Shown here piece by piece: positions 10,261 to 22,800 of a stretch of 64,000 nt of DNA. The notes below the pieces were generated by a model. The model did no database searches. It was not told where the DNA came from and saw only the letters and a program-made list of their open reading frames with translations. The translations under genes were made by a program, and so were the position numbers. Source of the stretch: Eledone cirrhosa (Eukaryota); assembly GCA_964016885.1 (NCBI GenBank), contig OZ024764.1:26970001-27034000 (forward strand), written 5' to 3'. The stretch's first letter is position 1. The number at the start of each line of letters is the position of its first letter.

Positions 10261-11849
10261 GGGTTACATATAAGGTCTCATTTTTTTTCTTTTCTTTCTT
10301 TCAGTTTTCTTCTTATCTCTAGATATAAATATATATACATGAGGTAACTTGGTAGAATTGTTAGAACATCAGATAGAATTCTTTGCAGTATTTTTCCAGT
10401 TCTTTACTCTGAGTTCAACTTTACCTTTCTTCCATTCAGTGTCGATAAGTCTTGAATATGTCTAACGTAGCAATAACTGGAGCTACTTAACCAAGTTTTC
10501 CCAACCTAGTCGATGTCACCTACTGGTTGGCGATTTAAACTGTTGGCTGCGACAATGACCAACTAATCAGTCAGATTCGAACTCACTATGTCTGGCATAT
10601 ATTTTATATTTTATATTTGAATGAAGTTCTGTAAGTAACCTGGTGGCTTAGATGGCAATACTGCTCGAATAGATGGCTTCTATTATGCAGTTATAAGTTC
10701 ATTCCCTATCCAGGATTGTAGAATTAATTTTATTTAGTTATTATTTAATCAATTGTTTTAACAAACAAATTATATCTATAAAACGCCAAATATAGTGAGT
10801 TCAAATCTGACTGACATGCATGGTATATATTTATGTTTCATTATACAGCGACACAATACACAGGAACTTATAAAGATATGTATATATTGTCCAGGAGTTT
10901 CGAGTTTAGTGGGAATTGGTACAACTCTCAATTGGAGCTAGTCCCTGCAAGATCAGCATAAATAATGTTATACCTTTTCATGAAATCTTGCACACCCGAT
11001 ATTTTATACATGATTATTTAAAGGTGAACAAAAACCAAAGAACATTGTGCAGCATTTCTCAACCTTTCTACCCATGTCGATCTCTTGAAATAGTTTTTAT
11101 GTCTCAGGGAAGCCCTGCATAAAATATACTTTTTCTATCTCTAGAGCAGTGGTTCCCGAATCGTGTGCTGCGAGATGAAACAAGATGAGCTGCAAAAGAC
11201 TAAGATTAAGTTTTATGATGTGAAAAATGTAAAGCTGAAATTTCATATAAAAGTTCAAATATAGCTACAGCCACAAACCTAGGCTCCACACCCCGCAATG
11301 CAGAGGATAGTAAGATAGTACCAAGGCCTGACTCACCTCTTCCACTCCATTGAGACCTCTGCCATACTTGGTCCCTGTACTGCTGATTTCCTCCATAAAG
11401 TCGGGAGGAAAGATGACAGGAGCCTCATGAGGAGGGGCGACTATTGTAGCAGGTGTCTCTGGCCTTGCTCCGAGGTAACGCTTTTACGTTTCTTCCACAG
11501 GTTGCGGCTGAGGGACCACTTAGACTGGGGTGAAGTGTCTGTCCCTCCCCCGACTTCTTACTTCTTTTTTTTTCTCCTTTTCATTTTCTTTTCTCTTCTT
11601 GCTTATCTCTGCTATACCACGGCATCAAAAACATATATGATATATGTATGTATGGTATAGGTGTATTTATATTTAGGATAGTTATCAAAGGTAAATAGAC
11701 TGGTTGGAGCAATAACAGTCTTGTTTATGTATATACATATATATATATATTTATATGTTTGTTCTTGTATTTCCATAGAAAAGGTAAAGAAAAGAAGAAT
11801 GCTCTATGTATTGTACAGAGCTATTTAATTACATAATAAACAACAGAAT

Positions 11850-12590
11850 GGAAAACATTCAGACAGAGAAGAATGGATAATGAGCGTTGTAAGAGAAATT
11901 GGCCAACAATTAATATTAATGGAAATGTAGAAGAATTTCATATTAGTGATATGAATGTTTCGTGTGATCACTGTGAAGCTTTGAAATTTAGAAATGAAAA
12001 TTGTAACTGTTGTAATAAAGGAAAGGTTGTGTTGCCACCATTGCAAATATACCCTGAGAGACTGAGAAATCTCTTTGAAAGAGGCCAGGAAGCAGTTGAT
12101 TTCACAGAAACATCTGCAATTAAAACTACATTTATTTCACTTCATTTGGTGTTACCACCCGGCAGAGGCCCGTATAGCTTTCATATTCAGGGTCAAACAT
12201 ATCACTACACCCCCATCTCTGTAACCTGCAGAAAATACACCACAATATGGCCAGTTATATATTATTGATGGGAACGAAGGTATGTAGCACAGATTGGAAG
12301 TACGTCCAAATAATTGTTTCTAGCACAAGGCCAGCAATTACTGGTACTTTATTCTATCGACCTAATAAGGATGAAAACAAAGTCAACCTTGGAGGGATTT
12401 GAACCCAGAACGTAAAGGGACATAACCCTATGCTGTAAAGCATGGTGTCTGGCGCTCTACCGATACTGCCAATCCACTGCCCTAGTACCAACAAATAATG
12501 ACTGCTCACCACAAAAAATGGCTATGATAAGAGAAGTGTTGCATGAATGTAATTCATATGTCGAAGTGTACAATACAATGCATGGCATCA
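11850..12590 (+). pseudogene. Helitron RepHel 5' part, interrupted at 12590
   Basis: CDHCEALKF..CCNKGKV..GRGPYSFHIQGQTYH..QLYIIDG..IREVLHECN.YVEVY; ends at CATGGCATCA, whereas uninterrupted copies continue AACAGC. Confidence 0.9.
12320..12482 (-). mobile_element. tRNA-derived SINE (octopus OK/OR-like) inserted in the Helitron
   Basis: Minus strand has A box TGGCAGTATCGG, B box GGGTTCAAATCC and tail GGTCGATAGAATAAAGTACCAG; degenerate TSD AGTAC..CAAATAAT on both sides; the same insertion is in the other Helitron copies that reach this point. Confidence 0.8.
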
Positions 12591-12594
12591 CAAA

Positions 12595-12629
<35 letters not shown>

Positions 12630-13199
12630 TACTAAAAGTATGTAAAATTTTAAAATAAATACTTAAATTCAATTTGTATAATTACACATACAATATGTTT
12701 TGTTGTAAAACCCTAAATAATGATTTAAGAAATGATGTCAATCTCTTTGTACAGAGAAAAACAATTTATATATATGCATTGTGTGCGCGTGTATACTCCA
12801 TTTAAGACAGTGAAAAACCTAGTACCTCCTTCAAAGAATGCCAAATAGTTTATGCCTAAGGTGTAACACTAATTAAGTTACCGGTGTAGATATTTCAGTT
12901 GAACCCTGCTTCAAACATGCATATTATTATTATATATTTTCAAACACACTTACATACATTATATTTATACACATAGAAATAATAAGTTAAAACTAAAGTA
13001 TAATGATATAACAACAGTATATAATAGTTTTCTTCACTTTATTGAAATGCAATCGTTTTAAAGAAAAAACATGACAGTATAAGAAATATTTAATATGATA
13101 ACATAATATTTCAGGTAGGATGGTCGTTTCAATATGATGGTGGTTTCTCTTTGAACTAATAATTGTTTCTATTTTAGGCACAAGGTCAGTAATTAACCA

Positions 13200-13330
13200 G
13201 TACATTACTGGTACTTTATTTTATCGACCCCGTAAGGATGAAAGGCAAAGTTGACCTCGGATCGTAAAGGGACGTAACTATGCTGGAAAGCATGGCGTCA
13301 GACCCTCTACCGATACTGCCAATTCACCAT
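13200..13330 (-). mobile_element. tRNA-derived SINE, same family, B-box region deleted
   Basis: TACTGGTACTTTATTTTATCGACCCCGTAAGGATGAAAGGCAAAGTTGACCTCGG...CTACCGATACTGCCAA. Confidence 0.8.
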
Positions 13331-13519
13331 ACAGTATAATTATACAAATATGCATATAGATAGCAATATATATACACTAATATGTATGTACATATTTACA
13401 CATATGTACATATATATAGGGAGAGAGAGAGACACATGTATGTATATATATATACACATGCGTGTATGCATGTGTGTTTATGTACATTCTTCGGTATATA
13501 TATCGGTATACACATTGGA

Positions 13520-13800
13520 GACACAGAGAGAGAGAGTTGAAACGAGAGGTGAGAGAGTTGAAACAAGAGAGGAGATGGTTGAAACACGAGGAGAGAGAGA
13601 GAGTTGAAACGAGAGGAGAGAGAGAGAGTTGAAACGAGGAGAGAGTTGAAACAAGAGGGTGAGGGGAGAGAGGAAGAGAGAGAGAGAGAGGAAGAGAGAG
13701 AGAGGGGATGAGAGAGAGGAATAGAGATAGAGGGGAAGAGAGAGAGGGGGAGAGAAGGGGATGAAACAACAGAGAGAGGGGAGAGAAAGAGAGAGGGGAT

Positions 13801-13841
<41 letters not shown>

Positions 13842-16800
13842 ATTGAAACAAGAGAGAGATGAAACAAGTGAGGGATTAGAGAGAGATGAAACAAGTGAGG
13901 GATTAGAGTGTTGAAACAAGAGAGAGAGAGCGAGATGAAATGAGAGAAAGAGAGTGAGATGAAATGAGAGAGTGGGAGCGAGATGAAACGAGACAGGGAG
14001 AGCGAGATGAAATGAGAGAGTTAGAGTGAGATGAAACGAGAGAGTGAGAGCGAGATGAAACGAGAGACAGAGAGAGCGAGATGACACGAGACAGAGAGCG
14101 AGATGAAATGAGAGAGAGAGAGTGAGAGAGAGAGATGAAACGAGAGAGAGAGTGCGAGATGAAACGAGAGTGAGAGAGCGAGATGAAACGAGAGAGTGAG
14201 AGCGAGATGAAATGAGAGAGAGAGAGAACGAGATGAAATGAGAGAGAGAGAGAGCGAGATGAAATGAGACATAGAGAGATGAAACGAGAGAGAGATGAAA
14301 CGAGAAAGAGAGGAAACGAGAGAGAGGAAACGTGAGTAGAGAGCGAGATGAAACAGGAGCGAGAGAGCGAGATGAAACGAGAGGGAGAGAGAGATGAAAC
14401 GAGAGCGAGAGAGAGATAGAGGGAAATGAAACGTCAGAGAGAGAGACAGATGAAACGAGGGATATAGAGATGAAACGAGAGAGAGAGATGAAACGAGAGA
14501 GAGGAAGAGAGAGATAGAACGAGAGAGAGGAAGAGAGAGATGAAACGAGAGAGAAGAAGACAGAGGTGAAACGAGAGAGAGAGCGAGATGAAACGAGAGA
14601 GAGAGCGAGATGAAACGAGAGAGAGAGCGAGATGAAACGAGAGAGAGGAAGAGAGAGAGCGAGAGATGAAACTCTGTCATGGACATATCTGACCCTGGGG
14701 CTAATAATTGTCATGTAATGTTATGGACATCTCTGCCCCTGTGGCTAATAATTCTGTCATGTAATGTTATGGACATCTCTGCCCCTGTGGCTAATAATTC
14801 TGTCATGTAATGTTATGGAAATCTCTGCCCCTGTGGCTAATAATTCTGACATGTAATGTTATGGAATCTCTGCCCCTGTGGCTAATAAATCTGTCATTTG
14901 ATGTTACGGACATCTCTGCCCCTGTGGCTAATAAATCTGTCATGTAATGTTATGGACATCTCTGCCCCTGTGGCTAATAATTCTGACATGTAATGTTATG
15001 GACATCTCTGCCCCTGTAGCTAATAATTCTGACATGTAATGTTATGGACATCTCTGCCCCTGTGGCTAATAAATTCGTCATGTAATGTTATGGACATCTC
15101 TGCCCCTGTGGCTAATAAATCTGTCATGTAATGTTATGGACATCTCTGCCCCTGTGGCTAATAATTCTGACATGTAATGTTATGGACATCTCTGCCCCTG
15201 TGGCTAATAATTCTGACATGTAATGTTATGGACATCTCTGCCCCTGTGGCTAATAATTCTGAGAGAGATGAAACAAGTGAGGGATTAGAGAGAGATGAAA
15301 CAAGTGAGGGATTAGAGTGTTGAAACAAGAGAGAGAGAGGAAGAGAGAGTGAGAGCGAAATCAAACGAGAGAGAGCGAGATGAAATGAGAGAGTGAGAGC
15401 GAGATGAAACGAGAGAGAGAGAGAGAGCGAGATGAAATGAGAGAGAGAGAGCGAGATGAAATGAGAGAGAGAGAGAGCGAGATGAAACGAGACAGAGAGA
15501 GCGGGATGAAACGAGACAGAGAGAGCGAGAGCGAGATGAAACGAGACAGAGAGAGCGAGATGAAACGAGAGAGAGAGAGCGAGATGAAATGAGAGAGAGA
15601 GAGCGAGATGAAATGAGAGAGAGAGAGCGAGATGAAACGAGAGAGTGAGAGCGAGATGGAACGAGACAGAGAGAGCGAGATGAAACGAGAGTGGGAGAGC
15701 TAGATGAAACGAGAGAGAGAGGAAATGAGAGAGACGAAACGAGAGAGAGGAAACGAGAGTAGAGAGCGAGATGAAACAGGAGAGAGAGAGCGAGATGAAA
15801 CAGGAGCGAGAGAGCGAGATGAAACGAGAGGGAGAGAGAGATGAAACGAGAGAGCGAGAGAGAGATAGAGGGAGATGAAACGACAGAGAGAGAGACAGAT
15901 GAAACGAGGGCGATAGAGATGAAACGAGAGAGAGAGATGAAACGAGAGAGAGGAAGAGAGAGATGGAACGAGAGAGAGGAAGAGAGAGATGGAACGAGAG
16001 AGAGGAAGACAGAGATGAAACGAGAGAGAGAGAGAGCAAGATGAAACGAGAGAGAGAGATGAAACGAGAGAGAGGAAGAGAGAGATGGAACGAGAGAGAG
16101 GAAGAGAGAGATGGAACGAGCGAGAGGAAGACAGAGATGAAACGAGACAGAGAGAGATCGAGATGAAACGAGAGAGAGGAAGAGAGAGAGCGCAAGATGA
16201 AACGAGAGAGAGATAGAGAGCGAGATGAAACGAGAGAGAGGAAGAGAGAGAGCGCGAGATGAAACGAGAGAGAGGAAGAGAGAGAGAGCGCGAGATGAAA
16301 TGAGAGAGAGAGAGAGCGAGATGAAATGAGAGATTGAGAGTGAGATGAAACGAGAGAGTGAGAGAGAGCGAGATGAAATGAGAGAGAGAGAGAGCGAGAT
16401 GAAATGAGAGAGAGAGAGCGAGATGAAACGAGACAGAGAGAGCGGGATGAAACGAGACAGAGAGATCGAGATGAAATGAGAGAGAGAGAGCGAGATGAAA
16501 TGAGAGAGAGAGAGCGAGATGAAACGAGAGAGTGAGAGCGAGATGAAACGAGTCAGAGAGAGCGAAATGAAACGAGAGAGTGAGAGCTAGATGAAACGAG
16601 AGAGAGAGGAAACGAGAGAGAGAGGAAACGAGAGAGAGGAAACGAGAGAGAGGAAACGAGAGTAGAGAGCAAGATGAAACAGGAGAGAGAGAGAGCGAGA
16701 TGAAACCGGAGAGAGAGAGCGAGATGAAACGAGAGGGAGGGAGAGATGAAACGAGAGAGCGAGAGAGAGATAGAGGGAGATGAAACGAGAGAGTGATAGC

Positions 16801-19800
16801 TAGATGAAACGAGAGAGAGAGGAATAGAGAGATGGAACGAGAGAGAGGAAGACAGATATGAAACGAGAGAGAGAGAGAGCGAGATGAAACGAGAGAGAGG
16901 AAGAGAGAGAGCGCGAGATGAAAGTCTGTCATGTAATGTTATGGACATATCTGCCCTTGGGGCTAATAATTGTCATGTAATGTTATGGACATATCTACCC
17001 TTGGGGCTAATAATTGTCATGTAATGTTATGTACATCTCTGCCCCTGTGGCAAATAATTCTGTCATGTAATGTTATGGACATCTCTGTCCCTGTGGCTAA
17101 TAATTATGTCATGTAATGTTATGGACATCTCTGCCCCTGTGGCTAATAATTCTGTCATGTAATGTTATGGACATCTCTGCCCCTGTGGCTAATAAATTCG
17201 TCATGTAATGTTATGGACATCTCTGCCCCTGGGGCTAATAAATCTGTCATGTAATGTTATGGACATCTCTGCCCCTGTGGCTAATAATTCTGACATGTAA
17301 TGTTATGGATATCTCTGCCCCTGTGGTTAATAATTCTGAGAGAGATGAAACAAGTGAGGGATAAGAGAGAGATGAAACAAATGAGGGATTAGAGTGTTGA
17401 AACAAGAGAGAGAGAGGAAGAGAGAGTGAGAGCGAGATCAAACGAGAGAGAGAGAGCGAGATGAAATGAGAGAGTGAGAGCGAGATGAAACGAGAGAGAG
17501 AGAGAGCGAGATGAAATGAGAGAGCGAGAGCGAGATGAAATGAGAGAGAGAGAGCGAGATGAAACGAGACAGAGAGAGCGAGATGAAACGAGAGAGAGAG
17601 AGAGCGAAATGAAACGAGACAGATTAGAGCGAGATGAAACGAGAGAGAGAGAGCGAGATGAAATGAGAGAGAGAGAGCGAGATGAAACGAGAGAGTGAGA
17701 GCTAGAGGAAACGAGAGAGAGAGGAAACGAGAGAGAGGATACGAGAGAGAGGAAACGAGAGTAGAGAGCGAGATGAAACAGGAGAGAGAGAGCGAGATGA
17801 AACAGGAGAGAGAGAGCGAGATGAAACGAGAGGGAGAGAGAGATGAAACGAGAGAGCGAGAGAGAGATAGAGGGAGATGAAACGACAGAGAGAGAGACAG
17901 ATGAAACGAGGGAGATAGAGATGAAACGAGAGAGAGAGATGAAACGAGAGAGAGGAAGAGAGAGATGGAACGAGAGAGAGGAAGAGAGAGATGGAACGAG
18001 AGAGAGGAAGACAGAGATGAAACGAGAGAGAGACAGAGCGAGATGAAACGAGAGAACGCGAGATGAAACGAGAGAGAGAGAGAGCAAGATGAAACGAGAG
18101 AGAGGAAGAGAGAGAGCGCAAGATGAAACGAGAGAGAGAGCGCGAGATGAAAGTCTGTCATGTAATGTTATGGACATATCTGCCCTTGGGGCTAATAATT
18201 GTCATGTAATGTTATGGAAATCTCTGCCTCTGTGGCTAATAATTCTTTCATGTAATGTTATGGACATCTCTGCCCCTGTGGCTAATAATTCTGTCATGTA
18301 ATGTTATGGACATCTCTGCCCCTGTGGCTAATAAATCTGTCATGTAATGTTATGGACATCTCTGCCCCTGTGGCTAATAATTCTGACATGTAATGTTATG
18401 GACATCTCTGCCCCTGTGGCTAATAAATATGACATGTAATGTTATGGACATCTCTGCCCCTGTGGCTAATAAATCTGTCATGTAATGTTATGGACATCTC
18501 TGCTCCTGTGGCTAATAATTCTGACATGTAATGTTATGGACATCTCTGCCCCTGTGGCTAATAATTCTGAGAGAGATGAAACAAGTGAGGGATTAGAGAG
18601 AGATGAAACAAGTGAGGGATTAGAGTGTTGAAACAAGAGAGAGAGAGAGGAAGAGAGAGTGAGAGCGAAATCAAACGAGAGAGAGCGAGATGAAATGAGA
18701 GAGTGAGAGCGAGATGAAACGAGAGAGAGAGAGAGAGCGAGATGAAATGAGAAAGAGAGAGCGAGATGAAATGAGAGAGAGAGAGCGAGATGAAACGAGA
18801 CAGAGAGAGCGGGATGAAACGAGACAGAGAGAGCGAGAGCGAGATGAAACGAGACAGAGAGAGCGAGATGAAACGAGAGAGAGAGAGCGAGATGAAATGA
18901 GAGAGAGAGAGCGAGATGAAATGAGAGAGAGAGAGCGACATGAAACGAGAGAGTGAGAGCGAGATGGAACGAGACAGAGAGAGCGAGATGAAACGAGAGT
19001 GGGAGAGCTAGATGAAACGAGCGAGAGAGGAAACGAGAGAGACGAAACGAGAGAGAGGAAACGAGAGTAGAGAGCGAGATGAAACAGGAGAGAGAGAGCG
19101 AGATGAAACAGGAGAGAGAGAGCGAGATGAAACGAGAGGGAGAGAGAGATGAAACGAGAGAGCGAGAGAGAGATAGAGGGAGATGAAACGACAGAGAGAG
19201 AGACAGATGAAACGAGGGAGATAGAGATGAAACGAGAGAGAGAGATGAAACGAGAGAGAGGAAGAGAGAGATGGAACGAGAGAGAGGAAGGGAGAGATGG
19301 AACGAGAGAGAGGAAGACAGAGATGAAACGAGAGAGAGAGAGAGCAAGATGAAACGAGAGAGAGAGATGAAACGAGAGAGAGGAAGAGAGAGATGGAACG
19401 AGAGAGAGGAAGAGAGAGATGGAACGAGCGAGAGGAAGACAGAGATGAAACGAGACAGAGAGAGATCGAGATGAAACGAGAGAGAGGAAGAGAGAGAGCG
19501 CAAGATGAAACGAGAGAGAGAGAGAGAGAGCGAGATGAAACGAGAGAGAGGAAGAGAGAGAGCGCGAGATGAAACGAGAGAGAGGAAGAGAGAGAGCGCG
19601 AGATGAAATGAGAGAGAGAGAGCGAGATGAAATGAGAGATTGAGAGTGAGATGAAACGAGAGAGTGAGAGAGAGCGAGATGAAATGACAGAGAGAGAGCG
19701 AGATGAAATGAGAGAGAGAGAGCGAGATGAAACGAGACAGAGAGAGCGGGATGAAACGAGACAGAGAGATCGAGATGAAATGAGAGAGAGAGAGCGAGAT

Positions 19801-22800
19801 GAAATGAGAGAGAGAGAGCGAGATGAAACGAGAGAGTGAGAGCGAGATGGAACGAGTCAGAGAGAGCGAGATGAAACGAGAGAGTGAGAGCTAGATGAAA
19901 CGAGAGAGAGAGGAAACGAGAGAGAGAGGAAACGAGAGAGAGGAAACGAGAGTAGAGAGCAAGATGAAACAGGAGAGAGAGAGAGCGAGATGAAACCGGA
20001 GAGAGAGAGCGAGATGAAACGAGAGGGAGGGAGAGATGAAACGAGAGAGCGAGAGAGAGATAGAGGGAGATGAAACGAGAGAGTGATAGCTAGATGAAAC
20101 GAGAGAGAGAGGAATAGAGAGATGGAACGAGAGAGAGGAAGACAGATATGAAACGAGAGAGAGAGAGAGCGAGATGAAACGAGAGAGAGGAAGAGAGAGA
20201 GCGCGAGATGAAACGAGAGAGAGAGAGCGAGATGAAACGAGAGAGAGAGCGAGATGAAACGAGAGAGAGGAAGAGAGAGAGCGCGAGATGAAAGTCTGTC
20301 ATGTAATGTTATGGACATATCTGCCCTTGGGGCTAATAATTGTCATGTAATGTTATGGACATATCTACCCTTGGGGCTAATAATTGTCATGTAATGTTAT
20401 GTACATCTCTGCCCCTGTGGCAAATAATTCTGTCATGTAATGTTATGGACACCTCTGTCCCTGTGGCTAATAATTATGTCATGTAATGTTATGGACATCT
20501 CTGCCCCTGTGGCTAATAATTCTGTCATGTAATGTTATGGACATCTCTGCCCCTGTGGCTAATAAATTCGTCATGTAATGTTATGGACATCTCTGCCCCT
20601 GTGGCTAATAAATCTGTCATGTAATGTTTTGGACATCTCTTCCCCTGTGGCTAATAATTCTGACATGTAATGTTATGGATATCTCTGCCCCTGTGGCTAA
20701 TAATTCTGAGAGAGATGAAACAAGTGAGGGATAAGAGAGAGATGAAACAAGTGAGGGATTAGAGTGTTGAAACAAGAGAGAGAGAGGAAGAGAGAGTGAG
20801 AGCGAGATCAAACGAGAGAGAGAGAGCGAGATGAAATGAGAGAGTGAGAGCGAGATGAAACGAGAGAGAGAGAGCGAGATGAAATGAGAGAGAGAGAGCG
20901 AGATGAAATGAGAGAGAGAGAGCGAGATGAAACGAGACAGAGAGAGCGAGGTGAAACGAGAGAGAGAGAGAGCGAAATGAAACGAGACAGATTAGAGCGA
21001 GATGAAACGAGAGAGAGAGAGCAAGATGAAATGAGAGAGAGAGAGCGAGATGAAACGAGAGAGTGAGAGCTAGAGGAAACGATAGAGAGAGGAAACGAGA
21101 GAGAGAGGAAACGAGAGAGAGGATACGAGAGAGAGGAAACGAGAGTAGAGAGCGAGATGAAACAGGAGAGAGAGAGCGAGATGAAACAGGAGAGAGAGAG
21201 CGCGATGAAACGAGAGGGAGAGTGAGATGAAACGAGAGAGCGAGAGAGAGATAGAGGGAGATGAAACGACAGAGAGAGAGACAGATGAAACGAGGGAGAT
21301 AGAGATGAAACGAGAGAGAGAGATGAAACGAGAGAGAGGAAGAGAGAGATGGAACGAGAGAGAGGAAGAGAGAGATGGAACGAGAGAGAGGAAGACAGAG
21401 ATGAAACGAGAGAGAGAGAGAGCGAGATGAAACGAGAGAGAGGAAGAGAGAGAACGCGAGATGAAACGAGAGAGAGAGCAAGATGAAACGAGAGAGAGGA
21501 AGAGAGAGAGCGCAAGATGAAACGAGAGAGAGAGAGCGCGAGATGAAAGTCTGTCATGTAATGTTATGGACATATCTGCCCTTGGGGCTAATAATTGTCA
21601 TGTAATGTTATGGAAATCCCTGCCCCTGTGGCTAATAATTCTGTCATGTAATGTTATGGACATCTCTGCCCCTGTGGCTAATAATTCTGTCATGTAATGT
21701 TATGGACATCTCTGCCCCTGTGGCTAATAAATCTGTCATGTAATGTTATGGACATCTCTGCCCCTGTGGCTAATAATTCTGACATGTAATGTTATGGACA
21801 TCTCTGCCCCTGTGGCTAATAAATATGACATGTAATGTTATGGACATCTCTGCCCCTGTGGCTAATAAATCTGTCATGTAATGTTATGGACATCTCTGCC
21901 CCTGTGGCTAATAATTCTGACATGTAATGTTATGGACATCTCTGCCCCTGTGGCTAATAAATCCGTCATGTAATGTTATGGACATCTCTGCCCCTGTGGC
22001 TAATAATTCTGACATGTAATGTTATGGACATCTCTGCCCCTGTGGCTAATAATTCTGTCATGTAATATTATGGACATCTCTGCCCCTGTGGCTAATAAAT
22101 TCGTCATGTAATGTTATGGACATCTCTGCCCCTGTGGCTAATAAATCTGTCATGTAATGTTATGGACATCTCTGCCCCTGTGGCTAATAATTCTGACATG
22201 TAATGTTATGGATATCTCTGCCCCTGTGGCTAATAATTCTGAGAGAGATGAAACAAGTGAGGGATAAGAGAGAGATGAAACAAATGAGGGATTAGAGTGT
22301 TGAAACAAGAGAGAGAGAGGAAGAGAGAGTGAGAGCGAGATCAAACGAGAGAGAGAGAGCGAGATGAAATGAGAGAGTGAGAGCGAGATGAAACGAGAGA
22401 GAGAGAGCGAGATGAAATGAGAGAGCGAGAGCGAGATGAAATGAGAGAGAGAGAGCGAGATGAAACGAGACAGAGAGAGCGAGATGAAACGAGAGAGAGA
22501 GAGAGAGCGAAATGAAACGAGACAGATTAGAGCGAGATGAAACGAGAGAGAGAGAGCGAGATGAAATGAGAGAGAGAGAGCGAGATGAAACGAGAGAGTG
22601 AGAGCTAGAGGAAACGAGAGAGAGAGGAAACGAGAGAGAGGATACGAGAGAGAGGAAACGAGAGTAGAGAGCGAGATGAAACAGGAGAGAGAGAGCGAGA
22701 TGAAACAGGAGAGAGAGAGCGAGATGAAACGAGAGGGAGAGAGAGATGAAACGAGAGAGCGAGAGAGAGATAGAGGGAGATGAAACGACAGAGAGAGAGA

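Larger units (their letters stand above)
7571..12083 (+). repeat. ~1.9 kb direct duplication (7571-9439 and 10258-12083) separated by the 89-bp palindromic array
   Basis: Both copies begin CATGGGTTACATATAAGGTCTC; near-identical ORFs 8221/10916 and 8732/11427. Confidence 0.95.

Noticed and set aside
15278-15317. GAGGGATTAG in block headers as telomeric repeat
   Set aside because: Only two non-adjacent imperfect matches to TTAGGG per block; no tandem telomeric tract
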